A stretch of 52,140 nt of DNA. Origin: Candidatus Poseidoniales archaeon. Its GTDB lineage: Archaea; Thermoplasmatota; Poseidoniia; Poseidoniales; Poseidoniaceae. The notes beneath the pieces are model-generated. The model was not told the DNA's origin, did no database searches, and worked only from the letters and a program-made list of their open reading frames with translations. The position numbers and the translations under genes were made by a program. This document shows positions 17,738 through 24,824 of the stretch, one piece after another (position 1 is the stretch's first letter; every line of letters begins with the position of its first letter). The DNA lies in assembly GCA_003602535.1 (NCBI GenBank), contig QQSA01000021.1, positions 15,924 to 68,063 of the forward strand, written 5' to 3'.

Positions 17738-20418
17738 TTTTCTAATCGCTGTAGTAAACCTACAGGTTTTTCATTTTCGAATTCTATATCTTCGATTTCC
17801 CATTCTTCGTCTTCATGTTCTTCTCTTAGCATCATGATGACTGAAGATGTGATGAAAAGAATAGTAATCGCCCACATCAGGAATGGAATCAAATCAAAGT
17901 ATGTGTCAAAATTCGTCCAATAGGTGAAGTAATCTTGATTTTGGACAATTGAACTTTCCATCCTTTCAGCATCATCGTCTTCAATTGTAGATGAGGACTT
18001 TATTTCGAATACCGGGACTAAATCGGACATTCGTGGCTCATTTTTCATGTCGTTTACATTTCTAGAATCAAGATAGAATCTGGTAGTTGAATCACCTGCG
18101 ATAATCAGTCCAGAAATTTGCTCTGACTTAATTTCAATCTCACTGCCCAGATAAATTGGCAATGCACTAGGTGTTGCGTCTAGCATTGAATATGTTTTCA
18201 ATAATTTAGCTTGTATCAATCGGTCAGTAGGTTCAACTGAAGCACTACAGACATCTACAGGTATGCCTTTCACAGTATCTGTGCCGCTACATTTGATATC
18301 GGCAACCGCATATCCTGAAACATCCACTTTGTCATCATCTCCAGTAATAAAACCGCCAGTTGTGCCGGAAATATCCTCTGGAGTTATAAGTCCAAATGTG
18401 TTGTCAAACATCCTGTCATTTCTCCACGATAATTGGCTTGATCCATCTTCTTCAATCAATTCACCTTTGTCGCAGCCTGGTCTTTCACCGGTACAAATTG
18501 TATAATTTGTACCATCTCCATTTTTGACTCCATTTGATCCATAGAAGGTTTTGCTAGACTCAAGTGATGCCCAGCCTACACTCACGTCATCAGGATTACC
18601 AGATTCTACATATGCATTGAATCGGTCATGCCATCCTAACAACCAACTGTTAACCGATTGTGTTAGGTAAGGTTCTACTCCAAAACTATCCGTCAACAAA
18701 TCACCTACAAAATCACCAAAAATCGAGTCGACTACTAGAGTGCGAAGTGCTTTAGCACTATTTTGGTCAATATCATAAGTGGATGCAATCACATCATTTC
18801 CCCATTGCTTAGTATTATTCGGGTCGGAAAATTCAGGAGGAACTTCTCCAGATAATTCTCCATATAGGAACAACATTGCTCCTTGTGTAGTAGTTACTCC
18901 CAATGGACCGTACAAAATCTCTGCAGATTGTTCAGGAGTTAGTGTGATAGGTGGTAAGGAATAGTTCTCTTCCCAAGAACCACCTTGGTTCAGACTATAT
19001 CCTAGGAAACCCCCATTGATTGGGTCATAATTTCCAAAGGTAGTGTTGACAAATTGTTTGGCATTCATAGTACCATTTCCGCCTAAAAGAGCCATCTGGA
19101 TAGATGATGATGATGCCGCCCATCCTGAAGCCCAAGTTCGTATTGAATTATATTGTTCATCATTCATACCAAAAGTGGACATTGCAATACTTGAATCTAG
19201 ATCAAGAAATTCGCTCAATCCGAAACCAGTACCTGCAGAATTTTTTGCTAAAAGTCCAAGTGGATTACTTGTTCCATCTCCATTCATCATCAAATTCATA
19301 CAATCTACGTTGGAGAAATCTACTCCCAATAAATTGTTTAATCTGTTGGCGATATCCTCACTATCTGTAAAAGGAGATCCTCCGCCATTAGATTGAAACT
19401 CTAGTCCGATTGCAATGTATAGTGACCAATCTCTGATTAGGGTTTGAGCATAATTTATCGACATCGTATCTCCGTTTCCATCCCCTGTTGTATCTACCAT
19501 CTCTGATGCGAGATATCCGTATGCTGTTGCCCTCTTTATAGAAGTTGAATTATCCGGGTCATCTTCAATTGCAGATAGAAGAGATTCCGGTTCTCCCATA
19601 GCAATGAAAGCAACCGGTCCTAAATCATCTAATAATGAAATATTGAAGTTGTTGTCTAATGGATGTAAAGATGAATAAAGAGCATCATCCAGGCCTCCAA
19701 GAAAATTTGCTACTGGAAGAATATTACCATCCAATGTATTTGGTAACAATACACTAACTTCACCGGATGCTTCAGCAGTTCCAAGGGCAGCATATCCATA
19801 AGATCCGAAACCAGCACCACCTACTGTATCAACCATAGATTGAATGAATTCAGATGTTGCAACTCCTGCTTGAGTCGTGTTCAAGTCTTGATTCATCATT
19901 CCACTTGCAAATCCAATCTTTGTCAAATCCATTATCCCATTGAATGCATTACCGGTTGCTCCAATCATTTGAGGCCTAAATTGGATATTCAACTGAGTTA
20001 GTTCATCATTACAAGAGTTTTCACTCTCTTCGGAACACTCAAATGTTTTCACTACATTGTAGGTTAAGTGACCTTTTTCACTATCATGTTCAATCAATGT
20101 TTTCTCTGAAGTAATGTCGTAAGTATAAGGCCCCATTTTTTGATATTTAGGCTGTGCTTGATTTTCTAGAACCTGTTGTAGGTTGGTAATTCCCCAGGCA
20201 TAATAATCACGAGTTGTAGTTGACTCCAACCAATCCTCCTCCTGAGTATCACAATCTCCGTCCTTTCCACATATAGTATCTAGAGGGAATGTTTCAAATT
20301 CTTCATTTACGGCTCCCTCAACAGCATTAGTGAAGACCAGTGGCAATAAAGTCAAATTAAGAAATAAACAAGTAAATCCAATTCCGATTAGCAACTTATC
20401 TCGAAAAAGTACCTGCAT
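17734..20418 (-). CDS. CD36/LIMP-2 (scavenger receptor class B)-like two-TM protein with a large internal insertion
   Basis: One TM at each end. YYAWGITNLQQV...KMGPYTY, TQSVNSWLLGWHD, YTICTG...GSSQLSW, ISGTTG, VKGIPV and EQISGLII are collinear with remembered CD36-family motifs. Start ATG 20418 (ORF extends to TTG 20442). Confidence 0.7.
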   Translation of the reverse strand: MQVLFRDKLLIGIGFTCLFLNLTLLPLVFTNAVEGAVNEEFETFPLDTICGKDGDCDTQEEDWLESTTTRDYYAWGITNLQQVLENQAQPKYQKMGPYTYDITSEKTLIEHDSEKGHLTYNVVKTFECSEESENSCNDELTQLNIQFRPQMIGATGNAFNGIMDLTKIGFASGMMNQDLNTTQAGVATSEFIQSMVDTVGGAGFGSYGYAALGTAEASGEVSVLLPNTLDGNILPVANFLGGLDDALYSSLHPLDNNFNISLLDDLGPVAFIAMGEPESLLSAIEDDPDNSTSIKRATAYGYLASEMVDTTGDGNGDTMSINYAQTLIRDWSLYIAIGLEFQSNGGGSPFTDSEDIANRLNNLLGVDFSNVDCMNLMMNGDGTSNPLGLLAKNSAGTGFGLSEFLDLDSSIAMSTFGMNDEQYNSIRTWASGWAASSSSIQMALLGGNGTMNAKQFVNTTFGNYDPINGGFLGYSLNQGGSWEENYSLPPITLTPEQSAEILYGPLGVTTTQGAMLFLYGELSGEVPPEFSDPNNTKQWGNDVIASTYDIDQNSAKALRTLVVDSIFGDFVGDLLTDSFGVEPYLTQSVNSWLLGWHDRFNAYVESGNPDDVSVGWASLESSKTFYGSNGVKNGDGTNYTICTGERPGCDKGELIEEDGSSQLSWRNDRMFDNTFGLITPEDISGTTGGFITGDDDKVDVSGYAVADIKCSGTDTVKGIPVDVCSASVEPTDRLIQAKLLKTYSMLDATPSALPIYLGSEIEIKSEQISGLIIAGDSTTRFYLDSRNVNDMKNEPRMSDLVPVFEIKSSSTIEDDDAERMESSIVQNQDYFTYWTNFDTYFDLIPFLMWAITILFITSSVIMMLREEHEDEEWEIEDIEFENEKPVGLLQRLEN

Positions 20419-20525
20419 GAATTTGAACAAGAGATTCAGCAATTAAAAGATTGAGCCGGTATATGTGAGGAATAGACTTAATCACCTTTGCATAATTACT
20501 TATCATAAAATCCTCTGGAGCGAGT

Positions 20526-22682
20526 ATGCGTGCTCAAAGGTTATCAAAAAATTTGGTAATCTTGTTGTTTTTCTTGATGATTCTATTCTCGTCAGCGTTT
20601 TCATCTGGAAGGCAACTAAATTCTTCAATTGCTGATGTCGATGATTTCACGGTATTTGGAAGAAGTATTGATTTCGATTGCTTGAACAACACTTCCTTGG
20701 GAGATTGCGATAACGATTCATTATCCAATATTGAAGAAGATCGTGACGGTGATGGCAATTGGTCGAATGATGACTCAGATGGAGATGGGATTCCAAATTA
20801 TCTTGATGAAGATGATGATAATGATGGCTGGCCAACCTGGATGGAATGTCCAATAAGTCCTGAACAAAGTCATGATGATTGTCCTGGATTTGGTCCAATA
20901 AAGGATTATTTGCATGCGAATTTATACAATTGTGATTTACCATTTGTCCATTTAGCTTATGCTTCTGACCCTTATGAGATGAAATTGTTTGTATTTATCG
21001 AACACAATTCTACGTTGGTTGAGTTATTGCATTTAATTGGAGAAGGAGGCGCTAATTCTGACCGCTCGCATCTTGATGGAAAAATACACTGGATTAACGC
21101 ATCACCATTGCCAGAAAACCGACATCATAGGTCATGGACACCATCAGGTATTGTCGACGAAGGTTCGATAAACACATCGAATGGTTTCTTCAGGGCTGAT
21201 TTTGATACGGATGGTGGATTTGTAGCGCAGCAAAATAATTCACTATTTGTTATGGATACTGAAACTAATCAGTTTGTGAATTTGGGAGAATTAAATCAAT
21301 CTACTGGAGGTGGTGGTGACTTAATTGTTAATCAAAATAATGATCTATTTTTGATATCTCACAAAGGTGAAATATTCTATGTGCCAGATAGTTCTCTAAA
21401 TGCAACATTGATAGGAGATATCTCACATATTGATGGTTTCAATAGCCCTAATCATATCAAAGGTACTACTTTACTTGAAAATGGTTCACTACTGTACAAT
21501 GCAGGTGAAAATATCTACCTAATTGAAGGGCAATGGAATTTAGGTTTTAACGAAACAGGATACCTCACAAATGGAGAAAAATTACAAATTTATCATATTC
21601 ATTCTTCGGCAGATGCTACTACTGGAGGAGACATGGCAAGTTGTCTTATTCCCGAATCAGACCAAGATCTTGATTCTATTCCTGATTATTATGAAGAGAG
21701 GGTTTTCTTAACAAATATTACTAGGAACGATACTGATTTTGATGGTCTTTCAGATGGCGATGAGATTCTGATTCATGGTACAGATCCATTGAAAAACGAT
21801 ACTGACGGGGATGGATGTAGTGATTCGGATGAAATCAATAATTCTAGTACTAGTCCATTAATTCAAGATTCAAATGGCGATGGAGTGTTTGATTGTTTAA
21901 TACAAACCGCATTGAGTTATTCAATTCCAGAAAATATTCTTTGGGATGAAGTAAATGTGGAGTGGTCACCGGAGATTACAGGTCATCAACCCGAAAATTG
22001 GTCCATTTTACCAGAACTACCATCATGGCTCAATTTTGAAGAAGGTATGTTCTCAGGATCTCCTTCGCCTCAATATTTTAATGAAACATTTGTCGTTACA
22101 TGCTATGGAAATGGTGGTAAAGCACAGGCTACAATAAATGTTGAAGTAATAGCTCCGCCACCAGTAATAGAATATCAAGAAAGTAAGCTCAATCATACAA
22201 TTGGAGATAATATAGAGATCAATGTGTCTTCACTCAGAGGTCCAATTGATTCCTGGGAACTATCTGATGATATACCGGGATGGTTGCAATTTGATGATGG
22301 AAATTTCTCTGGAATTGCGGAACAATCAGGGTGGTTAAATTTGACCGTAACAGCCAATGGGATATCAATAACTAATGGAGGTACAGGCTCGAACTCATCT
22401 TCTTCGATTAGTATATTTGTTCAAGATAATATTGATAGCAATGCAGATGATAAGTCAGAAGATGATGATGACGATGATGACGATGTCAGTGAGCCAAGTT
22501 TAGATGTCGATCTGTACACGGGATTGTTCCTCTTCATAATTCTAATTTTGATAATTACATTTGTAACATATCGTTTGACAAGAAGTAAGGAAGAAGACTG
22601 TGATGAAAAAAAGAAAGAAAGCGCTGTTGCAATTGTTGATAATGAAAAAAATTCTTCAGAACAAACAAATGAAGAAGAATAA
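20526..22682 (+). CDS. Secreted, membrane-anchored protein with acidic Ca-binding repeats, a probable beta-propeller and two He_PIG-like Ig domains
   Basis: Signal peptide; DSDGDGIPNYLD; GGGDL/GGDMASC propeller-like segment; LPSWLNF...SGSP and IPGWLQF...SGIA Ig-like units; poly-Asp linker; TM; charged tail. Confidence 0.75.
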   Translation: MRAQRLSKNLVILLFFLMILFSSAFSSGRQLNSSIADVDDFTVFGRSIDFDCLNNTSLGDCDNDSLSNIEEDRDGDGNWSNDDSDGDGIPNYLDEDDDNDGWPTWMECPISPEQSHDDCPGFGPIKDYLHANLYNCDLPFVHLAYASDPYEMKLFVFIEHNSTLVELLHLIGEGGANSDRSHLDGKIHWINASPLPENRHHRSWTPSGIVDEGSINTSNGFFRADFDTDGGFVAQQNNSLFVMDTETNQFVNLGELNQSTGGGGDLIVNQNNDLFLISHKGEIFYVPDSSLNATLIGDISHIDGFNSPNHIKGTTLLENGSLLYNAGENIYLIEGQWNLGFNETGYLTNGEKLQIYHIHSSADATTGGDMASCLIPESDQDLDSIPDYYEERVFLTNITRNDTDFDGLSDGDEILIHGTDPLKNDTDGDGCSDSDEINNSSTSPLIQDSNGDGVFDCLIQTALSYSIPENILWDEVNVEWSPEITGHQPENWSILPELPSWLNFEEGMFSGSPSPQYFNETFVVTCYGNGGKAQATINVEVIAPPPVIEYQESKLNHTIGDNIEINVSSLRGPIDSWELSDDIPGWLQFDDGNFSGIAEQSGWLNLTVTANGISITNGGTGSNSSSSISIFVQDNIDSNADDKSEDDDDDDDDVSEPSLDVDLYTGLFLFIILILIITFVTYRLTRSKEEDCDEKKKESAVAIVDNEKNSSEQTNEEE

Positions 22683-22710
22683 CAATGTCTCTCAGCATTA
22701 AGATGCAAAG

Positions 22711-22783
22711 TGGACGCTGGGGGATTTGAACCCCCGGCCTCTTGAGTGCCACTCAAGCGATCTTCCAACTGATCTAAGCGCCC
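22711..22783 (-). tRNA. tRNA-Ala(GGC)
   Basis: Reverse complement folds as a cloverleaf: acceptor GGGCGCT/AGCGTCC with G3:U70, D-stem GATC/GATC, anticodon stem CTTGA/TCAAG with loop GT-GGC-AC, T-loop TTCAAAT. Confidence 0.95.
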
Positions 22784-22859
22784 AACTAATTGCCTAAGGC
22801 AGCCTGCCCACCTATACTTCTATCATAAGGCTTCTCAATCAGTCCCCTCTGGGGTAAGC

Positions 22860-23348
22860 ATGGACGTAGAGGATGTACTAGCTGAAATACTCCCTCAAAT
22901 CCCTGAAAATGTGTTCACTAAATGGTTGCCAAGCCGTATTTCTCTTATCTGGTTGGAATATGATGATGACAGATTAGGTATGACTAGATTTGAAGAAGGA
23001 TCAGTTGAATTGGTTCGTCGTCGCAAATTATCACTAGACCCAGGAAAAATCACAATTGGATTACATCCTCGACTCAAAGATGAACCAGTTTTACTCAAAC
23101 ATACTTTGGCTCATGAATTAATTCATGCATCTGGAGTGTTAAACCATTCCAACGAGTTGCATGATGCGGTTGAAAAAATTGCCCCTGGAGTTTCAATTTC
23201 AGATTCTCCAATGTTGCAAGAAATGCGAGATGAATATCTTGGTTCGGCGCGTGTAAAATCTTGGGCCTGTTCTTATTGCGGATATGAGTGGAAACGCTCT
23301 ACTGTTCGCAAACCGATGAGATGTCATAAATGTGCTAGACCACTGTAA
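22860..23348 (+). CDS. SprT-like zinc metalloprotease with C-terminal zinc ribbon
   Basis: TLAHELIH..G...H zincin motif followed by CSYCG...CHKC. Confidence 0.75.
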   Translation: MDVEDVLAEILPQIPENVFTKWLPSRISLIWLEYDDDRLGMTRFEEGSVELVRRRKLSLDPGKITIGLHPRLKDEPVLLKHTLAHELIHASGVLNHSNELHDAVEKIAPGVSISDSPMLQEMRDEYLGSARVKSWACSYCGYEWKRSTVRKPMRCHKCARPL

Positions 23349-23380
23349 GGCTGATAGAGGTGATTCCCTCCCGCCGGGAT

Positions 23381-23454
23381 GGGCGTATGATGTAGTTTGG
23401 ATATCATCTTGGCCTTCTAAGCCGAATACCGGGGTTCAAATCCCCGTACGCCCG
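23381..23454 (+). tRNA. tRNA-Arg(TCT)
   Basis: Acceptor GGGCGTA/TACGCCC, anticodon stem TTGGC/GCCGA with loop CT-TCT-AA, T-arm CGGGG-TTCAAAT-CCCCG. Confidence 0.95.
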
Positions 23455-23529
23455 CTCTCCAAAATGCACTTTTTGTGATATCATACATGATACTAAATGC
23501 TCTATATCATTCATAGGAATCGGATAATT

Positions 23530-24366
23530 ATGTCGGAGCAAAGGTCTGTCAAGTCAATCGTCCCCACGCGTACTGTTCTAGAAGGTGGCGGTTTCAAAGT
23601 TCGAAGACCAGCGGCGATGGGATCATTGATGAGCCCTTTCTTGCTATTAGATGAAATGGGCCCAGTTGATTATGCACCAGGTGAAGCAGTAGGTGCTCCT
23701 TGGCACCCACATCGAGGATTTGAGACAGTAACTTATCTTCTATCTGGAGAGATGGAACATGAAGATAGCCAAGGTTCCAAAGGCCTTCTTACTCCTGGTG
23801 ATGTTCAGTGGATGACTGCTGGCAAAGGAATTATTCATTCTGAGATGCCTACCAAGAAAATGATTGACGAAGGAGGATTAATGCATGGTTTCCAAATTTG
23901 GGTAAACCTCCCTGCTAAGGACAAGATGATGAATCCAAGATATCAAGATCTAACTGCTGCAGATTCCCCAATTGCTGAGAAAGATGGAGTTTGGGCAAGA
24001 GTGGTAGCCGGAGAGTGCCTCGGTGTTGAATCTTCAATCGACACTGTAATTCCAATTACCTATATCCATGTGAAAATGAATCAAGGTTCTGATTTGGAAA
24101 AGTCACTTGACTCGGAATTGAATGGTATGGTGTATGTTTTCAAAGGTGAAATCGAAATTGAAGGGAAGTCGGTTTCAGATGGCTCTCTTGCTTTACTGTC
24201 CAATGGTTCTTCTGTCCAATTTAAAGCAAAATCTGATTCAGAATTTTTGATTCTAGCAGGTCCAGAAATAGGTGAGCCAATAGCTCGTTATGGTCCATTT
24301 GTGATGAATACACGTGAAGAAATTATTCAGGCTATTGAAGACTATCAAAACGGGATTTTGGCTTAA
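23530..24366 (+). CDS. Pirin family protein
   Basis: PFLLLDE, HPHRGFETVTY, QWMTAGKGIIHSE, GFQIWVNLP and YGPFVMNT. Confidence 0.95.
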   Translation: MSEQRSVKSIVPTRTVLEGGGFKVRRPAAMGSLMSPFLLLDEMGPVDYAPGEAVGAPWHPHRGFETVTYLLSGEMEHEDSQGSKGLLTPGDVQWMTAGKGIIHSEMPTKKMIDEGGLMHGFQIWVNLPAKDKMMNPRYQDLTAADSPIAEKDGVWARVVAGECLGVESSIDTVIPITYIHVKMNQGSDLEKSLDSELNGMVYVFKGEIEIEGKSVSDGSLALLSNGSSVQFKAKSDSEFLILAGPEIGEPIARYGPFVMNTREEIIQAIEDYQNGILA

Positions 24367-24429
24367 GTTGATTTGTTCTTCCTTTGGGAAGTCCTCATAT
24401 ACGAAAGGTTGGTCGGCGGACTGTTCACC

Positions 24430-24537
24430 ATGAAGCGAGGTTCCAGAGCGTGGAAGAAGACTGGTAATCAGCGATGGAAGTGGCGCAAGAAAAAGCTACG
24501 CCGTCGTAAGCGTGCTCGCCGACAGGCTAAGCAGTGA
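24430..24537 (+). CDS. rpl41e: Ribosomal protein L41e (35 aa, below the ORF-track cutoff)
   Basis: Manual translation MKRGSRAWKKTGNQRWKWRKKKLRRRKRARRQAKQ contains the RWKWRKK-x-x-RR-x-KR core of eL41. Confidence 0.85.
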   Translation: MKRGSRAWKKTGNQRWKWRKKKLRRRKRARRQAKQ

Positions 24538-24555
24538 CGCTGAAGGTTAGAACAG

Positions 24556-24744
24556 GGGAGTATAGTATAACCTGGTAGTATAGCTGGCTCCAGTTGCACG
24601 GGAATGATGATAGGTAAAGGTCTGAAGATTGTGATGATCAACTGGAAGACTGACCTGTGAAATCCCGCCACCAGCCGTACACACAACACTTAGTGGCGGA
24701 TCAGAAGATACCAGCCGGTCGGGGTTCAAATCCCTGTGCTCCCA
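24556..24744 (+). tRNA. tRNA-Trp(CCA) with a 116-nt intron (24594-24709) at position 37/38
   Basis: Acceptor GGGAGTA/TGCTCCC; anticodon stem GCTGG/CCAGC; spliced loop CT-CCA-G^A; T-loop TTCAAAT; BHB-like junction. Confidence 0.92.
24596..24659 (+). ncRNA. Intron-encoded box C/D guide RNA (Cm34 of tRNA-Trp)
   Basis: Box C ATGATGA 24604, D' CTGA 24622, C' GTGATGA 24631, D CTGA 24650; terminal stem CACGGG/CCTGTG. D guide CAACTGGA pairs with U33-C34-C35-A36-G37-UUG, and the 5th nt upstream of box D pairs C34. Confidence 0.88.
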
Positions 24745-24824
24745 CCTTTCTGCTAGAATTATTCCTAACCGTTTAACCAACATATTCATGTTTGGTGGAC
24801 ATTTGAAACAAATTAGGGAAGCAT

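Noticed and set aside
14200-22783. AT-rich block next to the tRNA-Ala 3' end as an integrated genomic island
   Set aside because: No integrase or transposase, and I found no duplicated tRNA 3' end (att site) by eye.
24468-24789. Minus-strand ORFs of 73 and 80 aa
   Set aside because: They overlap L41e and the intron-containing tRNA-Trp on the opposite strand.
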